Positions 26,821 through 41,300 of a stretch of DNA of 64,000 bases are shown here, one piece after another. Source of the stretch: Eledone cirrhosa (lineage: Eukaryota); NCBI GenBank assembly GCA_964016885.1, contig OZ024742.1, positions 289,292,001 through 289,356,000 of the forward strand, given 5' to 3'. The stretch's first letter is position 1. Every line of letters starts with the position of its first letter. The notes under the pieces are model-generated. The model searched no databases, had not been told where the DNA came from, and saw only the letters and a list, made by a program, of their open reading frames with translations. Made by a program: the position numbers and the translations under genes.

Positions 26821-27708
26821 TCATGTGTGTAATAAACATACATTTAGTTTCACTAATTAAATTAACACTAATTATATTTCAATTCTATATTTTATTAGCA
26901 TTCATCTATTGGCATATACATACAGCAATATTTTCTATTATTAGTCTGCAGTCATGGTGTTTGAGTTTGTAATAAATTTAGACTTCTCCATTCAACACAT
27001 TTAGTAGACATTACCAAATTATATAACATAGAAACATCAACTATAACATCCTGTCAGATTTCCATCTAGTTTCAGTCTTTTATTAAACAAATATAACAGA
27101 AATGTTGACTGTTCCTTTGGTGCTATTTTTAATTGCGTTTAATTACAAATATATTCTATTTACACAGTACTTTATGTCGTTTTGTTAGTATTCCAGTATT
27201 CCTATTACTGGAGTTTGAAACCTATACATCATCATCATTATCATTTTATAGCCACTTTCCTTACTGCTATGTGTTGGACGGGTTATCCATATTTGGTATG
27301 ATTTCTTACAGTTGGTTGCACTTCCTAATGCCAACCACTTTACAGTGTGTACTGGATGCATTTTACTGTGGCACCAGCTCTACCACATTACTTAGTGGAC
27401 TGAATGTATTTTATCATGACACCAACATTGTTACTTTACAGAGTGTATTAGGTGTTTACATCGTGACACCAACAATATCACTTTGCAGTGAGTGTATATT
27501 AACATGGCATCAACACTACTACTTTATAGTTTGTACTGGGTGTATTTTATGGTGGCAGTAACACTAACATGATAAAGCAGTATCATATATTAGTACTGAG
27601 AGATTTTACTGAAGATAAACTTAGATTTAGCATTGAAACCAGTTAAGACTATACAGATAGCAGCTACTTAAGACTCAAATTACTAAACCTGTCCAATACA
27701 CACACACA

Positions 27709-27972
<264 letters not shown>

Positions 27973-28719
27973 ATCACTATTTAATGTCTATTTTCCATGA
28001 TTACAATATGTTAGTTGGAGCTTAAACAAGTCGGGTGACTTCATCTTGCTCATTTGTTCCATTTTTATCTTGATTTCTATGACTGGATTCTTTTCCTGAT
28101 ACCAATTACTTTACAACATGTACTGGGAGAATATTTTGTTACGCCAGCACTACCACCTTACAGGTTGGACTAGGTGTTTTTTGTCATGGCACCAGCATTA
28201 CCACCTTACAGGTTGGACTGAGTGCTTTTGGTCATGGCACCAGCACTAGATCTTTACAGGGTGAACTGCATGTATTTCATCACGTCATCAGTACTACCTC
28301 ATTGCAACATTAGAGTGCTCATAGTGTCCTCTCTCCAACTGAGGAGGGTGTGATGAAAGTGGGCATGTAAGAAAGTTGCTTGCTAAGGGATGTGGTTATC
28401 TCACAGTAGGGGAGCAAGCATCATGTCATAGGAGTTGTGCCTGGCAGTATATTGTGAGATGTGTCTGGTTTTTCATGGAGACATGGGTTGGACAGGGCAT
28501 GAGAATCAGGCATGTGGATGCTAGAGGAAATACATAATTATCATCATCCTCATACATCTATTTTCCATGCTTGCATGGGTGAAGCGAGTTATCATAGGTT
28601 CTATTTTGGTTTCTATAGCTGGATGCCCTTCCTAACTCTAACCGAGCATTTTACAGGATTATCATCAGTTATATTTACATCACTCCTATACACCCTGTCA
28701 TTGTCAACCATCGATCTCT

Positions 28720-29105
28720 CCAGCCATCTATCCAGTCTTTCATTGCCATCCTTCCAGTCAACTATCCAACCATCCACCCATCCAACCAGCCATATATCCC
28801 TCCATCCAACTAACCACCTCTCAACCATCCACCCAACCAACTAGCCATCTAGCCAACCATCCGACCAACCACTCAACCATTCAACCAACCAAATATCCGA
28901 CTAACCAACTATCCAACCAACCAGCTAGCCAACTATCCCTTCCAACCATCCATCTATTCATGCATCCCTCCAACCCACCATTCATCCAATAAATCGACCA
29001 TCCATCCATTTATCCAACCATTCATCTAACCAACTAGCCACCCAAACTACTAACCAATCATCTATGCATTCAGCCAACCATCAAACAAACATCCAACCAT
29101 CCATC
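28720..29105. repeat. (CCAA/CCAT)n degenerate tetranucleotide tract
   Basis: Direct observation. Confidence 0.85.
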
Positions 29106-30257
29106 CTCAATAAACAGAGATTCATGAAATTCTTCTGTTGCTGTTCTCAATGTTTATCTTGCTCAATTGATTAAATACTGACATTTCTAACCCACCTCTA
29201 CCTCCCACTATTGAACTAGAAATATTTTTTATTGATTTCAGTTCAAATGAAATTATTGACTTTTTCCAATCTAATCTTCCCAATAAAATTTACTTGGCAC
29301 TAAAATGGTAGGTATTTTACTCTGGTTTATTGGAAATAAATGATGCACGTTGCTTTCAACAATCAGTGTTCTGATGGGCTTCCAAACAGTTTCCATCAAC
29401 CCAATTTTACTTGCAAGATTTGGGTGGACATGAAGCTATGGTAAATGACATTTGCATACAATGTTATGCAAGTGGGTATGTGTCGTTTACCAGAGCTTCA
29501 CATCAACAAGTCTTGTGTTTGAAATTGGTTAGACAGAAACTGTTTGGAAGCTTGTCAGGTGGACTATACTTGTCTTTCAACAGTTCAGCCTTATTATACA
29601 CTATGCTGCTCTAAATTTCCGAGAATTATGGTAAGGGTTCATGTGCTTATGGAATACTCAACCATTTACATGTTAATTCAGAAATCAAACAACCAGTTGA
29701 TTGAACAACTGAATGCCTATAGTAATACCAATGAAGGATCCATCATCACCATGTGAGTAATAGTTTACCATCAGTGACTAGATTCCTATCCATATATATT
29801 TATCTCACAGACTCTGCAGTTCATTTTATTTAGAAGAAAAAGAATAAGACAGGTTTGGTGAGTTAATTAATAGAGCTAAATTTACCAAAGTTGTGTTGAG
29901 TTTTTACAAGGAATATTAAAATGATGATGATCCTCATCACCATTTTACACTCATGGTCCATACTAGCATTAGTTGAATTGGCTGTCATGCTGCTCCAATA
30001 AGAAGTTTACTTTCTAGTCAGAAAATGCTGGGGTCTAACTCTACAGTTGTCCCTTTAAAAAGTTATTTCTCTAAACTTATTTATTCCTCTTTGTCATTTG
30101 GACAAATATGCTGAACATTTATTTAATTCTATCCTGGAAATATATTATTTGAATATCATTCTTATCTTTAACTCTTAACATCCAGTAATACATAAAACCA
30201 CGTGAGACAGACTTTAACCTTGTGATGGACAAGGAAGAGTTTTGTACTTTCAGTCAT

Positions 30258-30486
30258 TTAACCCTTTAGCATTTACATTACTCTATATTTACTGTTGTAT
30301 TTTCATGGTAAACACTTTATCTCTTATAATTATCTCATATAATATTGAATCTATGAAGTTTTGATATTATTTATTTTGAGAACAATACCTTAACATAAGT
30401 ATGAGCAGCCGGTTACAGCTGGTTTGAACAGAAAGAGGTGAGATAATTCTGGCCGGATTTGGCCGATTTAAATGCTAAAGAGTTAA
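30258..30486 (+). mobile_element. piggyBac-type MITE
   Basis: TTAA TSDs and TIRs. Confidence 0.9.
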
Positions 30487-30534
30487 TCTCAATGAAACCA
30501 AGATAAGCTTCAGTCTGTTGAGCCTCCAGTCTTA

Positions 30535-30838
30535 GGACAGACTTTAATTCTGTGATGCACTGGTGTCCTGTCCAGGGGAGGGAGAGTCTTGTATTCTTAA
30601 TCAACATCCATGAAACTGTAATAAGCATGGGGCTGATGAACCTCTCGGCTCGGGACAGACTTGAACTCTGTGATGCACTGGTGTCCTGTTCAGGAGGGAG
30701 TCTCTGGAGTTGTAACACTGCAGTGGACTGATGTCTTGTTTAGTGAGGGAAGAGTCTTGTATTCTCAGTTAACATCCATGAAACTGTGATAAGCATGGGG
30801 CTGATGAGGCGCTCAGCTGGGGCAGACTTTAACTTTTA
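30535..30838 (+). repeat. Tandemly duplicated SINE 3' segments
   Basis: CTGTGATGCACTGGTGTCCTGTCCAGGG...GAAACTGTAATAAGCATGGGGCTGATGA...CAGACTT repeated. Confidence 0.6.
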
Positions 30839-30939
30839 ATTTGATCATTATTGCTTACACTCTAAGAAACTCCTTATATATAGTGATGTGAAGGTGATCT
30901 AGAGGATATTCATGGGGTCATTAATAATAAAATTAATAA

Positions 30940-31148
30940 TAATGGTTTCCGATTTAGGCACAAGGCCAGCAATTTGGGGGGAAGGGAAAGTCTATTAAAT
31001 TGACCCCAGTGCATTACTGGTGCTTTATTTTATCAACCCTGTAAGGATGAGAGGCAAAGCTAACCTCAGCAGGATTTGAACTCAGAACATAAAGGGACAT
31101 AACTATGTCACAAAGCATATTGTCTGACGCTGTACTGATACTGCTATT
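30940..31148 (-). mobile_element. Nin/Deu-like tRNA SINE
   Basis: Family match. Confidence 0.8.
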
Positions 31149-31520
31149 CCATGTATCACTTTCCTTTGGTTCTACATCCAAAGATTTATGAAATAGATAT
31201 TCATGTTTCAATTCTATAACATACACAGTCTCTCTCACACATGCACACACTGACTTTCCCACACTCACACATACATAGACACATTCATACATATATGCAT
31301 GCACACACAAATATACTTCTGATTACATTATGCATGGCAGTAAGACCACTTTATTAAACCCCGGTACACACACACATACACATGCATGCACATATAGAAG
31401 CTATTACTAAACACTAAAAGTACAAGTAGCACATTATTTTAGACTTAAGTAGACTTTAAATCTAAAAATAAACCAAAGCGTTTTGCATTGTCGTCACCCA
31501 CCACACCCACAAAAAAAACC

Positions 31521-31787
31521 TAAACTCTTTAGCATTTAAACCGGCCATATCTGGCCAGAATTCTCTCACTTCTTTCTGTTCAAACCAGCCATAACTGGCT
31601 GATCATACTTATGCTAAGGTATTGTTCTCAAAATAAATAATATCAAAATTTCATAGATTCGATATTATGTGAGATAAAGAGTTTACGTGAAAATACAATA
31701 ATAAATATAGAGTAATCATCATCATCATCATCATCATTTTACGTCCGCTTTTCCCTGCTTGCAAGGGTCTAAATACTAAAGGGTTAA
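31521..31787 (-). mobile_element. piggyBac-type MITE containing a ~52-bp RTE/SINE tail insertion (31717-31769)
   Basis: MITE body interrupted by (CAT)n-TTTACGTCCGCTTTTCCCTGCTTGCAAGGGT. Confidence 0.8.
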
Positions 31788-33654
31788 CTCTTTTGATATC
31801 AAACCCTGTGCGATTGCTCCTGGGTCTCATCATCATCATCATTTTACGTCCGTTCTTCCAAGCTAGCATGGGTTAGACGGGTTGTCCTGTTGTGGGCAGT
31901 GTCCAGTCGGCTGACCTTGTCTTGCTCATATTGGAACTGATTCTGGCTTGCTTTCTATATCTGAGAAATTGAGAAAAAGTGTACATATTTTAGTTCAAAA
32001 TTTCTTGTATTATGCATAAGAAAATACTTGCCACTTGGCGATAGGAATACACAGCCTTTCTATAACTTCTAATCTAATAAATGTCTTTATATTTTCACGA
32101 TAATCTGTCCCATAGTAAAGATACTATAAACATTTAAATCAAAAAACTTATTAAGAGTTAAGAACCACTGAAGATTATGTTTATAAGAACATCTGTTAGA
32201 TGGGTTGAAATAAAGCTGAGACCTGGCAGCTCCCTACAGCTTCCTATCAGCCGTCTTCATGCATCTTTACTGGGTTTCTATTTTAAAGTTTTTTTTCTTT
32301 TGTTTTTTAAATATTATCATTATTGTATATCTGTTCCAATAAAGTTATTATTCATTCTTTCCAAAGCTAAAAAAAAAACAGGAATAAATCATATCCTTGT
32401 ATATAATACAACCCCAGTTTCTGCAGTAAAAAAAAACAAAAAAAAAAACAGAAATAAATTACATTCTTGTGTATAACATAGTCTCAGAGTACAGCCATGT
32501 TTATGGAATTTGTTTCTAAACTTGTATCATGTTATCCACTAAAGCCTCAACCTCACACACATATTTCATTACATTATTCAGTCTCTCATGATGTTAAAGA
32601 ATGTAAAATAATCGGATGTTTAGTATTTTGTGTAAAAGTGAGTTTATCTTACTTCCTGTTACAAAACAAGTTTTTGAATTTTTCCGGAAATATTTTAACT
32701 TGATATAACACAATTCTAGAAATTTTCTTTAAGTTATTAACAAGCTAATATACTTTTTTCTGTTTGATATGACTACTGTTTATTAGATGAATATTTTTTA
32801 AACTCAGTAAAAAAATTGAGAAAACAGTACATAATTTTAGTTCAAAATTTCTTGTATTATACATAAGAAAATACTTGCCACTTGGGGATAGGAATACACA
32901 GCCTTTCTATAACTTCTATAAACAGTTGTTTGTACAGGTTTTGCCTTTCTCCACTTCCATTTCCATCTTTATGAAGTATAGGAGAGAGAATGATAGGACT
33001 GAGGTCCCTATCATTAAAACACATGAGACCTCCTATGATATGTAACCTTGTAGAAGGTCAGCTAAATCTACATAAGTGTGAACTGTTATAATAACAACAT
33101 TATAGGACTGGAGGCCTCTATTATTAAAACACCAAGAAACCTGTGGGGTGCAACCTTGTAGAAGCCTGGCTAAACCTATATGTTAGAAGTAATAACAACA
33201 ACATGTGTATGTGAGTGTGTTTGATTAGACTGCGCTCTCTTTCAATAAAACACACAAGAAACCTCCCGTGATATACAATCCTGTAGGAGGCCAGCTAAAC
33301 CTACTACATAGGTGTGAGCTGTAACAGCACCACCATGATGGAGAGAGAGAGAGGGGTGGGGAGTCAATGTGTGCGAGGTGCAATCACAACTCTTGGCTAC
33401 AACAGAAGATTTAGACATACAACAATATATACAATGAAGAACAATGACTGTTCCCACCACACATGTTAATTCACCTCCCCACTACATCATTAATACTCGC
33501 ACTAATTACTCTAAATTATCTAATTAATCCTCTATCAACTATTGTCGTACCAGATAAACAGTTCACATCATGAATAAAACAAATTTAAAACCAAAAACAC
33601 AGAATTGAAACCTCAGTACCTTGAAACCTGTAGTTGTTGGTTAGTTAATTTATG

Positions 33655-33797
33655 TTATCATCACCATCACCATCCTCGTTTTCATCATCATCATCATCAT
33701 CATTATTATCACCACCACCATCATCATCATCATCATCATTATTATTATCACCATCATCACCACTATCATCATCATTATTATTATCACCATCATCATA
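33655..33797. repeat. (CAT/CAC/TAT)n trinucleotide tract followed by an RTE RT fragment (33797-34050)
   Basis: Direct observation; a GVHQGSILS-like segment follows. Confidence 0.8.
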
Positions 33798-34523
33798 GGT
33801 TAGAATTAACAATGACTATAGTGAAGAATTTAGCATGCAGGTAGGTGTCCATCAGGGCTCCATCCTTAGCCTTCTCCTGTTTATTGTCCTACAGGCTATA
33901 ACAGAAGAGTTTAAGACTAGCTGCCCATGGGAACTTCTGTATGCAGATCATTATAGCTGAAACTATTAGGGTAGAAATTCTAAACCCAGAAGCATGACCT
34001 AGAATCAAATGGTCATAAAGTTAACTTGTCAAAGACTAAAGGAGATCAACAGAGTATTCTCTCCACCTCGAGAGGATGCACCTTTCTGAAGAGAGGGGAA
34101 CCCCAGACATGTTCTTGATAGCAGGTGTGGAGGAAGGCTTCTTATTACGAAGTCAACAGATGGTCTGGCAGAACACTTTATTTGCTGATCTGAAGTCGGA
34201 TTCCAGCTTAACCCCAAAGTCTTAACTTTGATTATTTTCAAAAATTATTTGGAAATGTCAGGTAATGTCTTTCATAAGAAATACAATAACAAAATGATTA
34301 AAGTGTTTCTACTTATCTAAAACCCTTCCATCATAATTTTATGTAAGAATCTTTGTTAAAATATGTTCCAAAAACCTGATGAATAATGAGAAAGGTAGTT
34401 ATATTATTCACAAATATTTGAAAACCATGGTCAGTTTTCATTAAAAGTTTTCATGGTACCAAAAGAGCTAAATAAGAGTGAAGTAGATAGTGCCCCTCCT
34501 AATTGAAGAGACCCTCCTAATTG

Positions 34524-34741
34524 ATAACCCTTTAGCATTTACATTACTCTATATTTACTAATGTATTTTCAAGGTAAAGGCTTTATCCCACATAATATAG
34601 AGTATGAGATTTTGATATTATTTATTTTGAGAAAAATATCTTAACATCAGTACGAGTGGCTAATTACAACTGATTTGAACAGAAAGAGGTAAGAGAATTC
34701 TGGTCAGATATGGCTGCCCAGTTTAAATGCTAAAGGGTTAA
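34524..34741 (+). mobile_element. piggyBac-type MITE
   Basis: TIRs; ATAA/TTAA flanks. Confidence 0.85.
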
Positions 34742-35601
34742 TTCATGTCATACTGCCTTTTAGATAAAACTTACTTCTGTAAGATACTTCCATACAACTT
34801 CACTTTAAGTGGAGTCATGCTTCAGTAAACTAGTTCAGTTGGTCAGCCATTAAACAGCAGTCAAATAAAACCAGTTTTACTGCTTCTGTGGTTAATCACT
34901 TTATTGAAGACACTCCTATTTAGTCATTCCTTCTCTCACTAAATTATAATTGTTTCTACTTTTGGCACAAGGCCAGCAATCATCCCAGTGCATTACTGGT
35001 GCTTTATTTTATCCCCCCCCCCCCCCCTGGTAAGGATGAAAGGCAAAAGCTAAATAACAACACCGAGAGTTTTAAGGCCATCTTCCACGCTAAAGCAGGG
35101 GATAGCCTTGCATGGTCCCATAACAAGCTTCCCCACATTTTCTTGTTGCCTGCATACTTGAAACTATATTTTATCATGAACAGGTTATGAATCAGCTCTA
35201 TGTTTTTGTGGAGACTATCCAGAAACACCATAGCACTCTATGTTCCAATGTAAAAACTACTAGTCTGAGAGACATCTTGAAGCTGGGTTTTTTTTTCTAT
35301 TTGATCTACCAAGATTACAGTACATGGAGGTTATGAAAAGCTTCAATGACCAAAATAATTAGCTACTTCATAGCTGATCATGTTTTTCACTTTTTAATCC
35401 TCTCTCTCTCTCTCTCTCAATAAATCTTGATAAATTTCATGAAAATCAAAAGTACTAGATTCAATTTATAAACAATGCTTTATTATATTTTTTTATCCAA
35501 GAGATAAACAGTGTTTTATTACTTCTTTTGACAATTATATTTATTAATATCTATGTGTGTGTGTGTATTTATACACATACACACACATACATATATATTC
35601 A

Positions 35602-35953
35602 TACTCTCAGGTCCCAAATAATAGGGGGAGTTGGAATAAGCAGGGGGGGGGGGTAATTTTTTTAGGTTGTCTGTTGATTTAAAAAAAAACAAATAGAATT
35701 AGTTTACATATTGAGACCCCAACCCATCCTATTTATTTAATAATGTATGGGATTTCTTGTAATGTTCTTTTTTTGTCATATATAATGTTTTTTTAATGTC
35801 TAAAGAAAATTGTTGCAGAAATGCTACCACATAAAATAAAATTTCACTGGAGATAGATTAGCAAAATTTAATAAATAGGGGTGGGTGAAGGGGGTCTGAA
35901 AAATTAATAAGCGAGGATGGGGAGGCGGGGCGATTATTCGAGACCTGAGATTA
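35602..35953. mobile_element. TA-flanked MITE (Tc1/mariner-pogo-like); related pieces at 21500-21622 and 49893-50243
   Basis: TIRs CTCTCAGGTCCCAAATAAT / ATTATTCGAGACCTGAGA; shared internal AGATAGATTAGCAAAATTTAAT. Confidence 0.65.
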
Positions 35954-36059
35954 TACGTATGTGTGTGTTTAGAGAGAAGTATGTCATCGTCTAATTTTAT
36001 ATAACTTAGAAATATTTGTGTATGTCATGATCTAGCCATCTATTGCATATGTCATGGAG

Positions 36060-36200
36060 ACACTTAACAATCATTAGGTCCTAGGTTCAATCACACTGTG
36101 TGGCACCTTGGGCAAATGTCTTTTACCATAGCCTCAAGTTGACTCAGATATTGTGAGTGAAATTAGGAACACAGAAAATGTTTGGATGCCCATTATATGG
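36060..36200 (+). mobile_element. Degenerate tRNA SINE with GGCACCTTGGGCAAATGTC block (relatives at 29375-29480, 51665-51820, 61855-61965 on -)
   Basis: B box GGTTCAATC and CORE-like block. Confidence 0.6.
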
Positions 36201-37024
36201 GCTGTACCTGCATTATACTGAATCTCCCTGAGAATTACCTTAATGGTACACATCTCTATAGAATGCTCAGCCACTTGCATGTTAACTTCATGAATTGGCA
36301 GTTCCACCGTTCAAACAATTGGAATGGTCCATTCCATAACATGTGTATGCATGTGTATATGTATATATGTAATTTCATTTTTTTTTTACTTGGACTACCA
36401 TTTTTTTTCTCTATCTATCCTTTGTGATTCTGTCTCTATTTTTGTACTCCTGAAGAAGGGCTAAAGCCCGACCCATTGAACTTTCTTTCCATACAAAGCG
36501 TAAAACTAATAAGACTGTTTTGTCATTTCCTTGATATATATGTAAAGTGGTCATGTAGGAGACATGGCAAAAAAGCCCCCAACACACACTGTTAATGTGG
36601 TTGGTGTTAGGAAGGGCATCCAGCCATAGAAAACCAGCCAGAAACAGCCTTATGTGAATGAGACACAGTCACCCGACCAAACTTGCCTCAAATGGGATAA
36701 ACCCGTCTAATCCATGCTAGCATGGAAGATAGACGTTAAATGATGATAATGAAATATATATATAATATACACTCACGTGTGTGTATATATAAAAAAGAGT
36801 TTTCAAATTACTACTACCCTACTTTTTCTACTTAAATTTCTCTTATTTCATACTGTTATAAGTGTTTTTACTGTTGTTGTCGAAGTTGGTATGTTATAAA
36901 ATATATATATCGTGTATCTACTTCAATGTGGCACACGGCTTTTCATGGAAAAACACAATAATACAATATACCATAGATATATGTATGTTTTTGTTTTAAA
37001 TACACACACACACACATATATTTT

Positions 37025-37255
37025 GAAGGTGTGTGGCTGAGTGGTTAGAGAATTGATTTCGATCCCCGGACCTGGCGATGCGTTATGTACTCGAGCAAGA
37101 CACTTTATTTCATGTTGCTCCTTCTGCTTGGAGTTGCGACCGACAGATAGTATTAGCAATTGGAAAGACCAATGGAAAGATTGTTTCCCCCATCCAATGT
37201 GACAAGCTCCACTCCACTTGTTAACCGAATGAGGTCTGGGATTATGTCGATCGAC
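37025..37255 (+). mobile_element. tRNA-derived SINE ending in (TCTA)n
   Basis: A box TGGCTGAGTGG, B-box-like TTTCGATCCC, CTCGAGCAAGACAC block. Confidence 0.7.
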
Positions 37256-37276
37256 TATCTGTCTATCTATCTATCT

Positions 37277-38380
37277 GGCACCTCGAATGCCTTCAGGTGC
37301 TCACAGCCCTCTACCAAGCGGAAACAGCAATCAGCGGAGACTCCACTTCGACATTTTATAGAGGATTAGTGGAGGATAAGTGCGACGACGTTCTCGGGGA
37401 AACTCTAGGCATCGAGGAGGACAAACTGACCAGTCTGTTCGGGAGGACATTCCGTCCAGGGCCTATGGATAACTTCCAGAGGTCTCTGGCCTGGCAGTGC
37501 TACCGAGGAGCTCTACCAGTTCGAGACAAAATCTACAGGCACGGACGCCCTGGCAGAGATCCTGCCAAAAGGACCTGTCCAAAATGTGAGCAGGACATCA
37601 AAACAGTTCTGCACGCAATTGTTCAGTGCCCAGGGGTGACCGACCTGTGGAATTATGTCGAACAGCTGCTGTCACATGTGGGACGCATCCAGTTGTCAGC
37701 CGAGTCCATCGTGAGGATCACCCTGCCACCTTCATTTAAGAACGGAGGAGAGGCGGTTTTCCTCTGTCTGGTGGCTATGGCGAAAGAGGTAATATGGTGG
37801 ACGAGGCTAAAAGGACTGAGGGCAAACACCTTTCTCTCCGGACAACAACTTATCCCCTTCTTTAAGTATCACTTCAGAAGGAAGGTGAGAGTGGAGAGAG
37901 AGGTGCTACACCCCAGTAAATTCGCTGAAAGGTGGGTGAATGTGGTAAAAATGGCCCGAGTGAATGGGCCGTCTCTGTATATAAACCTGTAGGTTGAGGA
38001 AGATAAAGAGAGGGAAGACATACAAAACGTGTTCCTGGTGTTGAGGGTTGTGCTATCCACGGGGTGTAAAACAACCCTGCAGTAACGTCCACCCCTCCTA
38101 TTGGGGATTTCAATTGTTATTTTATTATATATAGTTTATTGTTATTTATTAATGTTAAAGTTATTTTTATGTAAAACCCCCACCGTCACGTCTTGTAATG
38201 TCCCATTTTTGTACGCCCCTGTGGCAAATAAAGAAAGATATCTATCTATCTTTTTAAATAATGAAATATATCTATCTTTTTATATTTTTTACACGACTGT
38301 ATGTAAAATTCCCGGCATGTCTTTGTATTGTCCCCTTTTCTTGTTGCGCCCTTGTGGCTAATAAAGAAATCTATCTATCT
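37277..38380 (+). mobile_element. Tx1/L1-clade LINE 3' end with CCHC zinc knuckle
   Basis: ORF 37297-37992: LAWQCYRGALPV...CPKCEQDIKTVLHAIVQC...LWNYV; 3'UTR with AATAAA; (TCTA)n on both sides. Confidence 0.8.
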
Positions 38381-38397
38381 TTATATGTATATATATA

Positions 38398-41300
38398 TCA
38401 TCATCATCATCATCATCATCGTTTAACGTCCATGTTCCACGCTTGCATGGGTTTGGACGGGAGTTTTCCCACTTGAGGCAAGAGTGGTTGTCTTGCTCGC
38501 ATAGGACTGTCTGGCGGGTTTTCTACAGCTGGATGCCCTTCCTAACACCAACCACATTTACAGTGTGGGACTGGGAGGTTTTTACCGTGTTGCCTACACG
38601 GCCACATTACAGCGTGGACTGTGTGTTTTTTTGTCGTGACACCTACACGATCTCATTTGTTTCGGCCTGGATGTTGTGGCACCAACATAACTTTACATTG
38701 AAAAGGGCGGTGTGGATGGGGTGGGGGTGGGACGGGGGTGTATTTTGTTAGAGCTGCCTACTGACTAGTAGGTTTTACTTTGTATTTAGGTAAGGCGGGT
38801 CTTCTCTATTACTGAGTGCCGCCAAAGATCTCGGTCCAGTGACATTGTCTTGGAGAAGTGTAAGTGTGTGAGGTCGGAGTTTATCAGGTCGTCCCAGGTT
38901 TTTCTGAGTCTGCCTACTCCGTGGCTACCGTCTATCTTTATTGCCCTGCACTTTTTTATACAGCTGTCATCTTTCATGCGCATTACGTGACCATACCAAC
39001 GTAGCCTTCTCTCGAGTAAACAACATCTGATCCCTCTTATTTCTAATTTTTTCCTTAGTTCGTTTATGCTTTGCCGTTCACGTATATTACTATTACACAT
39101 CCAGCGGAGCATGCAAGCTTCGTTCCTCTCTAGTCTGCGTATATCCTCTGCACACAATGCCCAGGTCTCACTGCCATGCAACATTGCTGTTCGTATGCAG
39201 GCATCATACAGCCTGCCTTTCATTTTTAGGGAGAACCCTTTAGCGGCTAATAGTGGTATAAGCTCTCTGAACTTTTTCCATCCAGTTCTGACTCTAGCTA
39301 CTGTATTTTCAGCGTACCCTCCCCCACTGCTGATTTTGTCACCCAGGTAATGGAAGCTGTCCACTATTTCTATAGAACCCTCTGCGCAATTGAAAGAGCT
39401 AGTATTTTGTGGGCACTTGCTGCTACTTATTGCACCAGAGCACCGGCCACATGTAAAATCTATGTTCTTAGTTAGCTTACCTATGATCCCACTACATCTT
39501 TTATGCACCCATAGTTTGCATTTGGTACATAAAATGGAGTTTCTACCTACGCCTTTCCTACACACTGAGCATGGCCATTTCCCGGAAGGGACAGCCGCCT
39601 TATTTTCTTTCCTACAAACTAGAACTTTAGTCTTAGCCAGGTTAATTTTAAGGCCTTTTGATTCTAGGCCGTGCTTCCATGTTTGGAATTTCTTCTCTAG
39701 CTCGACCATTGATTCAGCTATGAGCATTAGATCATCTACGTTTAGGAGTTCCCATGGGCAGCCGGTCTTGAACTCCACTGTTGTATAGCCTGAAGGGCAA
39801 TAATAAATAGTAAGGGGCTAAGAATAGAGCCCTGATGAACACCAACTTTTGCGCTAAACTCTTCACTATATTCGTTGTTAATTCTAATCTTGCTGACTGT
39901 TTCTTTATACATGGCTTGTATAGCTCTCACAAGCCATTCATCAACACCTAGTTTTCTAAGAGCCCACCAGATAATGGAACGGGGGACTCTGTCGAAGGCT
40001 TTCTCCAAATCAACGAAAGCTAAGTATAGGGGTTTACTTTTAGCTAGGTACTTCTCCTGTAGTTGTCGTACAATGAAAAGAGCGTCTGTGGTACTTTTGC
40101 CTGACACAAACCCGAACTGCATTTCATCTAGATTGATTCTCTCTCTGATTAGTTGCGCTATTACTTTTTCTGTGACCTTCATGACCTGGTCGATTAATTT
40201 AATGCCTCTATAGTTACTCCTATCTAGGGCGTCTCCTTTACCCTTGTAGCAGTTAATGATGCTGCTGCTACGCCAGTCCTTCGGAACAACGCCATTCTGT
40301 ATGACTTGGTTTACTATCCGGGTGACCATGGTGTGTCCCACCGTTCCAGAGGCTTTCAGCATCTCAGCAACTATTTCCGAAGGCCCAGCCGCCTTACCCG
40401 TCTTCATATCTTTGATTGCCTTACTTATTATACTACCTTCGACTAACACAGCTGGTCCCTCTATTGGGTCGATGTGGGGGTAGACTCTCTTTCTCCCATT
40501 TATTCTCCTCATTTAGTAGCCTTTCGTAGTGACACTTCCAAGCTACCTTCTTATCAGCGTCAGTGATGGCAAGTACGCCATCATCATTAAGTACACACTT
40601 CTCCCCGACAATATCACGGTTTTCCTTGACACATTGCCTAGCAATCCTGAACACCTCACGTTTTTGGTCCTCACGTTGTAGAACATGCTTGAACTTTCTT
40701 TCCTCTGCTTCCCTTCTTGCGAAGTACACTTGTCTCCTAGCTTCCCTCCTGGCCACTTGATAGTCTTCTCTACTTCCCCCATCCCGCCATACTTTCCAAG
40801 CCTGCTTTTTTGCCTTAATTGACTCCTCCACGTTACTGTTCCACCACCATGTTACTCTCCTCCTGCCTACAGGCCTGCTCCAGCCACAGACTTCGTCTGC
40901 CGCCATCAGCAGGTTTGCTTTCAGGAATTCCCACTGTTCCTCTATATTGTACGACTCTAATTGCTCTTCCTTACTGTCGAAAGCATCAAGTAATATGCTT
41001 TTAAATTTATTTCTGGCTGTGGGGTCCTTTAGCTTCCATATTTTTCTCCTGAGGATAGTCCTCTTCTGCTGTCGAGTACGTCTCGTCCTGACTATGAGGT
41101 CGCTAATTATCAGTCTATGTTGGGAGGTGCATTCTTCATGGGGGAGGGATTTAGTGTTTACAACAGACACTCTGTCACGTCTTCTGGTAAGGATATAATC
41201 TACCTGGCTGGTATGTTCCCCTGATCTGTAGGTGATCGTCTCGTTTTTTGAAGTTAGTGTTACAGATAGTTAGGTTATTTGCATCACAGAATTCCAGGAT

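Noticed and set aside
30605-30660. GAAAC...CTGATGA as a permuted hammerhead
   Set aside because: Stems do not close; it looks like an ordinary SINE 3' tail.
33605-33844. Poly-His ORF (and RERE/SLSL/YIYI ORFs at 19322, 19365, 60105, 63747)
   Set aside because: Translations of microsatellites.
36445-36510. Hammerhead CTGAAGAAGGGC-taaa-GCCCG
   Set aside because: GAAA does not follow stem II; partial remnant at best.
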